Source: a virus
Lineage: Duplodnaviria > Caudoviricetes
Virus record (IMG/VR): IMGVR_UViG_3300034416_000067
Span: 1 to 41,108 of that record
Length of the DNA stretch: 41,108 bases
Reading direction: 5' to 3' (one strand)
A program made the translations under genes and the position numbers. This document shows positions 27,815-37,411 of this stretch, in pieces. The notes under the pieces were generated by a model that searched no databases, had not been told where the DNA came from, and worked only from the letters and a program-made list of their open reading frames with translations. The first letter of the stretch is position 1. Every line of letters starts with the position of its first letter.

Positions 27815-28555
27815 ATGCTAGATTTGCATAATTTTAAGATGCCAAAATTAAAAGAAGGTGCATATAATACAGATAACATAAAAAAGGACTACTCAAGGCA
27901 GAAAGGGACAATCGCAGTAAAGAATCTCCAGAAGAACAATTTTCAAGCCTACTATTGTGATTCGATCGAGGAAGCAAGAAAACTTGTTTTAAGTTTGATT
28001 CCTGATAATGGCATCATAGGCTGCGGGGATTCGCATACAATATTTGCTCTTGAACTGGATGATGAACTGGAAAAGAAAAATTGTGTAGCAATCCCTCATA
28101 CCTGTGCAGTAAACAACTATGCTATGGAGCATAACAGCCCAGGGTTTAATGTCGTAGGAAATAAAGAAGAAATGCGTAATATACTCATGCAATATCTTGT
28201 TGCTAATGTATTTATACTGGGAGCAAATGCAATAACAATGGATGGGCAGATTATCAACACTGATGGAACAGGCAACAGAATCGCAGGAAGTCTTTACGGT
28301 TCGGATAGAATAATTGTTATAGCAGGTGTTAACAAACTTGTCAAAGACCTGAATGCAGGATTGGAGAGGATTCGTTTTGTTGCAGCGCAGATGAATAATG
28401 TAAAGTACAGCAATAATTTGGCATGTAATCTTAGTGGTACATGTATGGACTGCAGTTCAAAGCAAAGAAACTGTAATATAACAAATATTATCCATAAAAG
28501 ACCTGTAGATTCTGATTTCCATGTAATAATAATAGGTAAGGAATTAGGATTTTAA
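27815..28555 (+). CDS. Second LUD-domain protein (divergent paralog)
   Basis: GANAITMDG, TDGTGNR, AGVNKLV, CNLSGTCMDC...NC. Confidence 0.85.
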   Translation: MLDLHNFKMPKLKEGAYNTDNIKKDYSRQKGTIAVKNLQKNNFQAYYCDSIEEARKLVLSLIPDNGIIGCGDSHTIFALELDDELEKKNCVAIPHTCAVNNYAMEHNSPGFNVVGNKEEMRNILMQYLVANVFILGANAITMDGQIINTDGTGNRIAGSLYGSDRIIVIAGVNKLVKDLNAGLERIRFVAAQMNNVKYSNNLACNLSGTCMDCSSKQRNCNITNIIHKRPVDSDFHVIIIGKELGF

Positions 28556-28571
28556 TAATATTTTTAATTTG

Positions 28572-28618
28572 AAAGAGTTTTAATTTAGTAGCCCTAAACC
28601 ACTGAATTAAAACTTTTT
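28572..28618 (+). terminator. Terminator closing the LUD moron
   Basis: 18-bp stem 28572-28589/28601-28618 ending in a T run. Confidence 0.65.
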
Positions 28619-28650
28619 ATTTGCAAAAAAATAATTGATGGAGGAACATC

Positions 28651-28980
28651 ATGGAAATTAGATTAGAATTCATAAAAGAAATAGACAAGAATGGGGATGA
28701 GGTAATTGAACATAAAACATTTGTCATAAACAAGATCAAAGCAAGACTTGTTAGAAGGGCAACAGAGATCACTCTGGGGGTTGACTTCAATAACTTAACT
28801 CCAGAGAGTTTGGATAAGCTAATCGATTTTGTGTGTGAGGTCTATAAGTTCAAATTCACAAGGGACGAACTATATGATGGACTTGATGCTGACAAGCTGA
28901 TTCCAACATTACTTGATACTATTCAAGGGATTACGGATGGTGTGACAAGCAGACTACAGACATTTCCCGCCGAGCAGTAA
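28651..28980 (+). CDS. Tail assembly chaperone (gpG-like)
   Basis: FVCEVY..KFTRDELYDGLDA; position before the tape measure gene. Confidence 0.8.
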   Translation: MEIRLEFIKEIDKNGDEVIEHKTFVINKIKARLVRRATEITLGVDFNNLTPESLDKLIDFVCEVYKFKFTRDELYDGLDADKLIPTLLDTIQGITDGVTSRLQTFPAEQ

Positions 28981-29164
28981 AGGCAGCAGTGGAAAACTTA
29001 CTCTTGAAGAATGGATGAAGGAGTTCTACATAGAACTTCTTGAGAACGACTGGAAGCTAAACGAAATTGACGATATGGACATCCACTATTACCTGGACCT
29101 TGTTCTATATAGGGCGCAGAAGGAATACAACCAGAATGTCGAAGCAATTTTAGATATATTATAG
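28946..29164 (+). CDS. gpT-like chaperone extension, open in the +1 frame
   Basis: Frame open 28946-29164; ...EFYIELLENDWKLNEIDDMDIHYYLDL; no clear RBS before the ATG at 29015. Confidence 0.65.
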   Translation, partial: QADYRHFPPSSKGSSGKLTLEEWMKEFYIELLENDWKLNEIDDMDIHYYLDLVLYRAQKEYNQNVEAILDIL

Positions 29165-29208
29165 ATTGATTTTATGGTTAGAAAATTAAATAAGGCGCGA
29201 TTTTTGTC

Positions 29209-29256
29209 AAAGACGAACCAATTATCTCACCACTAGAGATAGTTAGTTCGTCTTTT
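29209..29256. terminator. Long hairpin, terminator-like
   Basis: About 20-bp stem AAAGACGAAC.AATTATCTC / GAGATAGTT.GTTCGTCTTT. Confidence 0.6.
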
Positions 29257-29318
29257 CCCCCTATATTGATTAACTTGGGGCAGAGAAGCTTCTTAAATAA
29301 GAAGTGGAGGTGAGGATA

Positions 29319-31523
29319 TTGGCTGAGGAGATAGGAAGTCTGGCGGTCAGGATAGGGTTGGACAGTTCAGGATTTCAGAATGGAGTTAGTGATATAAACA
29401 AGCAGTTAAAGGTGCTTCAAAGTGAATTCAAAGCGAATACTGCAGCTCTTGGAGCAAACGCTAAAGGCATAGATGGACTTAAGGTAAAGGCAGAGAGCTT
29501 GGCGAAAACACTGGAGCTGCAAAAGCAGAAAGTCGCGGCTTTAGAGGGCGCATATCAAAAGAGCGTCGAGAGCAAAGGCAAGGATGCCAGGGCCACTCAG
29601 GATCTAGAAATCAAGCTTAACAATGCCAGAGCAGCGCTTTCCAAAACCGAAATGGCACTTTCACAGACAAACAAGGAAATAGATCAGCAGACGGACAAGT
29701 GGATCAAGCTTGGAAAGAGTGCAAAGGATGCAGGTGACAAGCTGAGCAAAGTCGGCAGCAGCACAACAGATATAGGAAAGAAGCTGAGCATAGGGGTAAC
29801 TGCACCGATTATCGGAATAGGAACAGCGGCAGTTAATGCTGGCATGGAGTTTGAAGCACAGATGAGCAGGGTTCAGGCAATAAGCGGAGCAACGGGTGAT
29901 GAATTCTCCAAGATGAACGATCAGGCTCTTAAGCTTGGAGCAGATACAGCCTTCAGTGCTTCGGAAGCTGCACAGGGCATGGAGAATCTGGCCAGTGCTG
30001 GCTTTACTGCATCAGAAACAATGCAGGCCATGCCTGGAATGCTCAGCCTTGCTGCAGCTGGAGGAGTCGATGTAGCGAGCGCATCAGACATTGCTGCAAG
30101 CGCTCTTCGAGGGTTTGGACTTGAAGCAGGTCAGTCAGGCCATGTAGCTGACGTTCTTGCCAAAGCTGCAGCAGACACCAATGCAGGAGTCACTGACATG
30201 GGATCTGCTTTAAAGTATGCTGCGCCGCCTGCTAATGCTCTAGGCTTAAGCCTTGAAGAAGTCAGTGCAGCTATTGGAATCATGTCAAATGCCGGCATTA
30301 AAGGAGAGATGGCTGGAACCACTCTTAGAGGAGCACTGACAAGGCTGGCAAGCCCAAGTAGCGAAGCTGCAAAGATGATGGCGAAACTTGGAATAAGTGC
30401 TTTTGACAGCCATGGTAAAATGCTCCCACTTTCACAAGTTATAAGCAATCTTCAAGGTGGTATGAAGGGCTTAACCGACGAGCAGAAACAAAATGCTATA
30501 GCCACGATATTCGGGCAGGAAAGCATGAGTGGAATGCTGACTCTTATTCAGGCAGGTCCAGCAGAACTGGACAAGCTGACAGTCGGTTTTAAAAACAGCG
30601 ACGGTGCAGCGGCAGCTATGGCCAGCACAATGCAAAATAACACAAAGGGCTCCATAGAGCAAATGAAGGGAAGTCTTGAAACTGCCGGGATAAAGATGGA
30701 GCAAGCTTTGGCTCCTGCAATAAAAAGTATAGCTGACGCAGTGGGAAGTTTGGCTGACAAGTTTTCCAATCTATCACCGGCACAACAAAAGTTTATTCTT
30801 GTACTGGTTGGGATTACCGCAGCTATAGGGCCGGTGCTTGTTATTATAGGAACTCTGATATCTTCGGTTGGTGCCATCGTGGGAGCATTTGGAGCTGCAA
30901 GCGCCGCAATAGCAGCTGCCGGAGGAATTATGGCTGTCCTCACAGGACCGGTAGGAATTGCAATAGCAGCCATTATAGGATTGATAGCAATCGGAACTGC
31001 ACTTTATGCTAACTGGGATACAATAAAGGCAATAGCGGCTAATGTTTGGAATGGAGTAAAGACAGCAATAGAGAATCCGATGAACACTGCAAAAAATACA
31101 GTAAAGAATGTGGTAGAGGCGATCGCTGGATTCTTCAAAAATATTAAAATTCCTGAGATCAAGATACCTAAGATAAAACTGCCTCACTTCGAGCTTACAG
31201 GAAACTTCAGCTTGATGCCACCACAAGTGCCGAAGCTCTCAGTCAATTGGTACTCCACAGGAGGTATTTTCTCAAGTCCAAGTGTTATAGGTGTTGGAGA
31301 AGCTGGGACCGAGGCAGTTGTTCCTATCGACAAGCTCGATGAGCTTATAGCAAAGGCGCTTCAGAAAGCAGGCATTGGGAACTCAACTAAGGTCACTGCA
31401 GTAGGCGGACAAAGCGAAAATGTGACCAACAACTATGACATCACTATAAACAATCCAAAACCGGAACAAGCTTCAGACAGCATCAGAACAACATTGATGA
31501 AACACTCGTATGGATTGGTGTAG
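29319..31523 (+). CDS. Tail tape measure protein (TP901 family)
   Basis: FEAQMSRVQAISGA, FSASEAAQGM, GIKGEMAGTTLR, VGEAGTEAVVP; TTG start after GGAGGTG. Confidence 0.93.
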   Translation: MAEEIGSLAVRIGLDSSGFQNGVSDINKQLKVLQSEFKANTAALGANAKGIDGLKVKAESLAKTLELQKQKVAALEGAYQKSVESKGKDARATQDLEIKLNNARAALSKTEMALSQTNKEIDQQTDKWIKLGKSAKDAGDKLSKVGSSTTDIGKKLSIGVTAPIIGIGTAAVNAGMEFEAQMSRVQAISGATGDEFSKMNDQALKLGADTAFSASEAAQGMENLASAGFTASETMQAMPGMLSLAAAGGVDVASASDIAASALRGFGLEAGQSGHVADVLAKAAADTNAGVTDMGSALKYAAPPANALGLSLEEVSAAIGIMSNAGIKGEMAGTTLRGALTRLASPSSEAAKMMAKLGISAFDSHGKMLPLSQVISNLQGGMKGLTDEQKQNAIATIFGQESMSGMLTLIQAGPAELDKLTVGFKNSDGAAAAMASTMQNNTKGSIEQMKGSLETAGIKMEQALAPAIKSIADAVGSLADKFSNLSPAQQKFILVLVGITAAIGPVLVIIGTLISSVGAIVGAFGAASAAIAAAGGIMAVLTGPVGIAIAAIIGLIAIGTALYANWDTIKAIAANVWNGVKTAIENPMNTAKNTVKNVVEAIAGFFKNIKIPEIKIPKIKLPHFELTGNFSLMPPQVPKLSVNWYSTGGIFSSPSVIGVGEAGTEAVVPIDKLDELIAKALQKAGIGNSTKVTAVGGQSENVTNNYDITINNPKPEQASDSIRTTLMKHSYGLV

Positions 31524-31534
31524 GAGGTGATGCC

Positions 31535-32311
31535 ATGGAACTTGAAAAGTGGGAATTTAACGTAACAGATTTATCTTCAAATGAGAGCTGGGGTGTTGAA
31601 AGTGTGCTTGAAGGCGTTGGAATTCCTAAGTACAGAGGAAGCAACATTCAGGTGCCTTTTCAACATGGAACAAGATGGATTAAGAAAAGGTACGACAGAA
31701 GAAAAGTTGTGCTCTCCATGTGGGTAAAGGGTACAAGCAGAACAAACCTTGATCAGAATATAGATGCGTTTTTAAAGACCATTGGAATCCCAGGAGTTCA
31801 TCCTCTTAGGAGGACTATGAGAAGCGGTGAAATCAGGGAAGCACAAGCAGAAGTTTGCTCAGAGATAAATTTTGTCGTTAAGGAGCCGGGATATGCTAAG
31901 TTTGCCTTTGAGCTGGAGCTTGCGGATCCGTTTTTCTATGGACAGACAAAGGTAAGTGAAACAAAGATTCTGAGTTCTGCTTCAACAAGCTGGATGCATT
32001 CATATATAGGCTCGGCTCCTTGTACTGATGTCGTGATAACATTCACAGGACCGCTTGCGAACCCGAAGATTGAGAATCTTAATAATGGCATTTGGCTTCA
32101 GTATCTAGGTTCAATAGCAAATGGAGAAACAGTGGTCCTTAATACGGCAGACTTCACTTGCATAAAGGGCTCCACGAATATGATACCAGCTGTTAAGCAT
32201 GGAGGAGATTCGTACTGGATAACCCTGCTTAGTGGCAGCAATAGCATGAAAGCAACAACGGATACGACTGGTGGTAGCATCAAGATTGAATACTATCCGG
32301 CGTATTTTTAG
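31535..32311 (+). CDS. Distal tail protein (Dit)
   Basis: Follows the tape measure gene; ADPFFYG, TGPLANP, LLSGSN motifs. Confidence 0.8.
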   Translation: MELEKWEFNVTDLSSNESWGVESVLEGVGIPKYRGSNIQVPFQHGTRWIKKRYDRRKVVLSMWVKGTSRTNLDQNIDAFLKTIGIPGVHPLRRTMRSGEIREAQAEVCSEINFVVKEPGYAKFAFELELADPFFYGQTKVSETKILSSASTSWMHSYIGSAPCTDVVITFTGPLANPKIENLNNGIWLQYLGSIANGETVVLNTADFTCIKGSTNMIPAVKHGGDSYWITLLSGSNSMKATTDTTGGSIKIEYYPAYF

Positions 32312-32326
32312 AAAGGAGGAGGAGAA

Positions 32327-33196
32327 ATGGCATATCCGGTAATAAATAGTAGAAGAATGCCCTATGACATAGATGGCTCTGCAGTTGGATACAGAGAGCT
32401 ATGGGGCTCTTCTCCAGCCACACTTTTATCAAATGGGCCTGCATCATGGCTTGACAGTTCACCACGAGGGACGCTGAATGGTCAGTCAAACAGCAGCAGG
32501 TATGGTGATGTATACAACGGTAACTGTGTGGGTTTTTGGTTTTTCTTTCCAGAGCAAAGGGAAGTGACGCATATGGCTATAGCCAATATGATTGGAAAGA
32601 CATCTAATCCAGCCTCACAGGTGCTGCAGGGAAGTGCGGATACGACAAACGGTATGGATGGTACATGGGAGACTCCCGTATGTACTATTCCCACTGCAGG
32701 AATAGCGGATGGTGATGCGTGGAGAGACAATATCTTCACTGTGTCCTTTTCTGGACCAATGAAATGCATTAGGTATGCAAGAAACGTAAACACAGGAACA
32801 AGTGATGCATCGATTGCGCTTTTCCATATTTATGGATTTAAGGCAGCAGGTCAGACACCTGACGATATTGTATTCACGGACATAAATGGGAATGAGATTG
32901 CATCACTCACTGACTGGGGAGACCAACCAGAAGGAACCACTGAAATATGGTGGTTCAAGTTGAAAAATGCAAGCACAACAAAAATAGCGAACGCTGTTAA
33001 TCTGCAGCTAAATAATGCTGACTTTGCTATAGCGCTTTCACCTGATGGACCTTGGGTGGCTGTAATAGATATAACGAGTATAGCAGCAGGGAGTCTGAGT
33101 TCGACAATATATGTTAGGAATAAGTTGGATCCACCAACGCTGATTCTTGGGCCTAGAGCTGCAAGGTGCATAGTGACAGTTGGAAGCTGGACATAG
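32327..33196 (+). CDS. Tail-tip / baseplate accessory protein, beta-rich
   Basis: Strong RBS, lies between Dit and the large tail protein; no family recognised. Confidence 0.6.
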   Translation: MAYPVINSRRMPYDIDGSAVGYRELWGSSPATLLSNGPASWLDSSPRGTLNGQSNSSRYGDVYNGNCVGFWFFFPEQREVTHMAIANMIGKTSNPASQVLQGSADTTNGMDGTWETPVCTIPTAGIADGDAWRDNIFTVSFSGPMKCIRYARNVNTGTSDASIALFHIYGFKAAGQTPDDIVFTDINGNEIASLTDWGDQPEGTTEIWWFKLKNASTTKIANAVNLQLNNADFAIALSPDGPWVAVIDITSIAAGSLSSTIYVRNKLDPPTLILGPRAARCIVTVGSWT

Positions 33197-33208
33197 GGGG
33201 TGTTTTAG

Positions 33209-36200
33209 ATGAGTACCTCCATATCGCAAAGCCTGCCAGCAAATGGTGCGCTGCTAACTGATAATAATTTCTCACTAAAAGCATTCTTTGATTTGATCTA
33301 TGAAGTGGATCTGAGCATAGGAACTTTTACACAAGCAAGATTCAATACTATGCCTGGATTGATACTCGATGGCTCAGTCCAATCCAACAATAAGCTGACT
33401 GTGACTTGGGGAGTGAATGTGTCAGGGCACCCTGGAACTCAAGCAGCAATGGATACCGTATTCACGAATGCAACGGGAAAGACGACAACTGTTATCGACA
33501 CGGTGATAAGCTGGGGACTTGCAACGAACCTGAAGCCCTCGTATCTTCCAGCTGATGCCTTTGTGTTTAAGGCAGAAGGATACATCTTCATTCCCATTGA
33601 TGGCAATTATACCTTTGCCATAGACTCTGACGACTGTTCAGACCTGTTTATAGATGGTGCACTGAAGGTCAGTAGATACAATAGCAGTGGTATGGGAGTA
33701 TCGAATAACTGGAACTCAAGTGCAGTTGTTACACTTACAGCAGGATGGCACACGATATCCGTTAGGATGGAGGAAGGCTCAGGCGGAGATGGTTTAGGGC
33801 TTGCTTGGAAGAAGCCAAATGACTCAGTGTTCTCATTTATCGACCCGAGCTATTTCTCAACTGTATTGCCAGTATATTATTCTTCTGGAGATAGAGTTGG
33901 AGTAAAGGCGCTTAGTGGAACATCAGATAATATGGTGATGAACTGGGATAGCATAGTTGTAAGTAGCGGAACTGTTTCAGTGTATTATGCCATAACAACC
34001 GATAGCTTGAACCCTCCAACAGAATGGACACAGACAGCAAGCGGCGCTCAGATTTCTGCTGACGGTGTAGACATGACAGGTAAGTTCCTTTGGACAAAGG
34101 TAGTTCTAAGCACAACAGACACAAGCATGACACCAGTCCTTACTGCATTTAGAGTGAATGTGCCAAACACACAGACTGGAGACATCACCTTTGAAATAGA
34201 TAGGGTGTCAACCTTCAACAGCCCTTTCAAGCAGACGAACACGATAACCGGTGTTAGCAGGAAAGTAATTGCTGAATGGGCATTGAACAATATGATAGGC
34301 GGCGACTGGTATTGGAGGTGCATAGCCTCAAGTGGCAGCGTATCTTCAGGGTATTCAAACACAAGAGCTCTGAATATCAATGCTGAAATATTCAAGAGGA
34401 CCATATACCAGCATTTGAATGTATCGAAACTTGATGTATGGACCAAAAAGAGAACAATCTACCAACACATAAACGTGGCAAAGCTTGATGTGTGGACTAA
34501 GAAGAGGACATTATATGATTACGAGAATATTACCTTAGACCCGCCAACACCATTCATTGAAAGCCTGTCTTCATACAGAGGCCCGAAAGGATCTGTTGTA
34601 ACGATCTCAGGTAATGGATTCGGTTACTCAACTAATACAGACTTAACTAATTCGAATAGATATTTGAGAAGCTACGGCGGCTTTGTATATATGGGAGCAC
34701 TCCTATGCAGCATAATATCATGGTCATGGAACGAGATCACCGTTCAGCTTCCAGCTGAAGCAGAGAGCGGACCTATAAAGGTTGAATTGACAGCGCCGAC
34801 AGTCAGGGACAGCAATGTAAAAGGCTTTGAAGTTTATGATGGAATGCCTACAGATGATATCGGAATTGAGCTTTTTTTAAGCGACAAGGCAAACCCGAAC
34901 ACAATCTTATGCCAGCTTGACGGTGCTTGGAATAAAGCTTTTCAGGTGGTTCAAAACAATCCAGGAAGCGGTTCGTTTTCGATTAGCAGGTACGACAAAA
35001 ATGGAGGAAATAGAGACTATATAGCAGATCGGAACTTTGTTTTATGCAGGCTTGACGGCAACAATCTTTTCAAGTGGATCATTGAAGCTCAAAAGCCAAA
35101 CTATGTCGACTCTAGCGAGAAACAAGTTATTGAAGTAAGCGGCAGAGGAGTATTGTCAATGCTAAGCTGGGCGGTGGTATACCCTGAAGACTTGGGAAGT
35201 CCAGTCTTGGATAGAGCTTTCACAGGCACTGCGAGCAAAGTATTAAGAACCTTGGTGCTTGAAGCTCAAGCAAGAGGAGGACTTGTCGATGTATCAGTAG
35301 ATTGGCAAGATGACAGGGACAGCATAGGAAACATATTTACCGAGAATATTAACTTGTCATTCCATGTGGGTACACCATTACTTGAAGTTGTGACTAAATT
35401 CACTGAAGGCTTAGGGTATTTCGACATAGAAATGACACCAGACCTAAAGCTTAAGATTTACAAATCCAAAGGTGTTGATCTTCATGATACTGTTGTTTAT
35501 AGGCCGGGACAGGCAATTATAAGCCATCAAAACCAAAGCGATGCCACAAAGCTGGTTAATGATGTCCTTATTGAAGGAAGCAGCAGGTCACTGGCCATAG
35601 CTTCTCATTCAGCAAGTCAAGCTGAATACGGCAGGCGAGAGGGGTATTTGTCAGCAAGCAACATCAGAGATGGGTTAAGCGAATACGGTCAGGCTTACCT
35701 TAGCAGGTCTGCTTATCCTTCATGGGGGATACAGGGAACAGTTACTAAGTTTGTTGATGCAAAAGGAAATAAACTGAAACCCTTTGAGACTTACCTTATT
35801 GGAGACTGGATAGGTTGGAATATAGCACCGGAAGGGTCTGACGATGTCGGGTTTGATGGAGTTCTAAGAGTTAAGGGAGTCACTGTAAATGAAAATGATG
35901 ATACCGGAGATATCGGGTATGTGCTTGAGCTCCACAACGCGATGCTTGAAAATGAAATACGCTTGTCGCAAAAGGTTGAGAGAATGTCGCAGTACAGTGG
36001 CGGCTCCGATGTGCTAACAGTAGCACCATCAAGCAGCAATTCTTACTCAACTGATGAAGTTAATACGATGCTTGCAGCAAAAGCTAATACTAATCATGAG
36101 CATGTTTTCACAGATTTGCTCGATGCTCCGGCCAGCTATCAGAATCAAGGCGGAAAAGTGGTTGCAGTAAAAGTTGATTCAACAGGGCTGGAATTCATCG

Positions 36201-37342
36201 ATCCTCCAAGTGGTGGTGAGGGTGGAGCGGGAAAAAGTACCGGGTATGGATGTCTGGCATGGGTGAATTTTAGCGGTAATGTTAATGACAACAAAAGCGG
36301 AACATATTCGCAAAGCGGTACCTCGGTCACTGTAACACTACCTGCGCATGGTCATAAAGTTGGGCATCGAATCTATGCAGACATAACAAGCGGAACTGCT
36401 TTGGATGGAGCATACACAATTAACGCCGTGACTACAGATACGTTTACTTATACAGCCGGAACTTCGCTTACCACCAGTGGAAATGTAACTCTTAGAAGGG
36501 TAAAGATAAATTCGAGTGGAAATATCCATTCTGTTTCAGATCTTAATACTGGTACCTTTGCTGTGAATTTCAGCACTATAATTTCAGAGGCTAAATACTC
36601 ATTCAGTGGAGGAGTTGCTGAAACAAATGGAAATACAGATACAGGAGCGATAGCAGCAACTGATCAGACAGATGTTACGGCAGCTTATTTAGGGATAGCC
36701 TGCGAGGACCTTGATGGAGGATATACTGACTACCCTATTGTTACACTGGCGATATTCGGAGACAGCAGCAGCGCCGGAGGATTAACCGTCTATACAGATG
36801 ATTATTCAACAGACCCTATATCAACAGCCAGGGTAGTTGCTTTGAATGGAGGAACCTGGGCTTATGATGCTACAAACTTAAAACTGCAAGCAGTCAATGG
36901 CACTAACTCATATTTTGCTGCTCAAAGGGGTGCACCTATGTGCTCTCTTTACGGAAAAATAGAAGTAGAAGCTGATATGACAATAACCACAGATTCATCC
37001 GGTAGAAAACATGCCGGATTTTTTATAGAAATCATAGAGGGGAGTGGGACAGGATATCGAATTTGCGGTCTTGACACCACACCATATATATCTCGATTCA
37101 CAAATGGCGGCTCAGAAACGACACCTACCACAATAACAAAATACTCATTCGGTGGATTTACTGCTGGAACCACCTATCATATCAAAATAACTATAGACTT
37201 CCTGACTGGAGCTGGAGCTTTTTATGTAGACGGAAACTTGGTGATGGTTTGGAGAGACCTAAATGCCATACAAGGACGTCCCGGATATTTTGCATATGGG
37301 AGCACTGTGAAATGGGACAATTTAATATACAGATACACCTAA
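33209..37342 (+). CDS. Multidomain tail tip / receptor-binding protein (PA14, IPT/TIG, Tal-like core, lectin-like C-terminus)
   Basis: PA14 motif GNYTFAIDSDDCSDLFIDG...AGWH; IPT motif GSVVTISGNGFG...SWSWNEITVQLP; YGRRE in the core; C-terminal GYFAYGSTVKWDNL. Confidence 0.8.
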   Translation: MSTSISQSLPANGALLTDNNFSLKAFFDLIYEVDLSIGTFTQARFNTMPGLILDGSVQSNNKLTVTWGVNVSGHPGTQAAMDTVFTNATGKTTTVIDTVISWGLATNLKPSYLPADAFVFKAEGYIFIPIDGNYTFAIDSDDCSDLFIDGALKVSRYNSSGMGVSNNWNSSAVVTLTAGWHTISVRMEEGSGGDGLGLAWKKPNDSVFSFIDPSYFSTVLPVYYSSGDRVGVKALSGTSDNMVMNWDSIVVSSGTVSVYYAITTDSLNPPTEWTQTASGAQISADGVDMTGKFLWTKVVLSTTDTSMTPVLTAFRVNVPNTQTGDITFEIDRVSTFNSPFKQTNTITGVSRKVIAEWALNNMIGGDWYWRCIASSGSVSSGYSNTRALNINAEIFKRTIYQHLNVSKLDVWTKKRTIYQHINVAKLDVWTKKRTLYDYENITLDPPTPFIESLSSYRGPKGSVVTISGNGFGYSTNTDLTNSNRYLRSYGGFVYMGALLCSIISWSWNEITVQLPAEAESGPIKVELTAPTVRDSNVKGFEVYDGMPTDDIGIELFLSDKANPNTILCQLDGAWNKAFQVVQNNPGSGSFSISRYDKNGGNRDYIADRNFVLCRLDGNNLFKWIIEAQKPNYVDSSEKQVIEVSGRGVLSMLSWAVVYPEDLGSPVLDRAFTGTASKVLRTLVLEAQARGGLVDVSVDWQDDRDSIGNIFTENINLSFHVGTPLLEVVTKFTEGLGYFDIEMTPDLKLKIYKSKGVDLHDTVVYRPGQAIISHQNQSDATKLVNDVLIEGSSRSLAIASHSASQAEYGRREGYLSASNIRDGLSEYGQAYLSRSAYPSWGIQGTVTKFVDAKGNKLKPFETYLIGDWIGWNIAPEGSDDVGFDGVLRVKGVTVNENDDTGDIGYVLELHNAMLENEIRLSQKVERMSQYSGGSDVLTVAPSSSNSYSTDEVNTMLAAKANTNHEHVFTDLLDAPASYQNQGGKVVAVKVDSTGLEFIDPPSGGEGGAGKSTGYGCLAWVNFSGNVNDNKSGTYSQSGTSVTVTLPAHGHKVGHRIYADITSGTALDGAYTINAVTTDTFTYTAGTSLTTSGNVTLRRVKINSSGNIHSVSDLNTGTFAVNFSTIISEAKYSFSGGVAETNGNTDTGAIAATDQTDVTAAYLGIACEDLDGGYTDYPIVTLAIFGDSSSAGGLTVYTDDYSTDPISTARVVALNGGTWAYDATNLKLQAVNGTNSYFAAQRGAPMCSLYGKIEVEADMTITTDSSGRKHAGFFIEIIEGSGTGYRICGLDTTPYISRFTNGGSETTPTTITKYSFGGFTAGTTYHIKITIDFLTGAGAFYVDGNLVMVWRDLNAIQGRPGYFAYGSTVKWDNLIYRYT
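34394..34530 (+). repeat. 54-bp (18-aa) in-frame tandem repeat, about 2.5 copies
   Basis: KRTIYQHLNVSKLDVWTK / KRTIYQHINVAKLDVWTK / KRTLYDYENI. Confidence 0.9.
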
Positions 37343-37411
37343 GAAAGAGATAAATTGAATAAAAAGACTTGAACAATAAAAATTACAATTAAAATAATCA
37401 GGAGGGATCTC

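Noticed and set aside
31140-31190. IKIPEIKIPKIKLPHF repeat in the tape measure protein
   Set aside because: Common C-terminal feature of Firmicute tape measure proteins
36780-37342. Diversity-generating retroelement target at the tail protein C-terminus
   Set aside because: No reverse transcriptase and no template/variable repeat pair seen; the 125-bp repeat is non-coding and its differences are not adenine-specific
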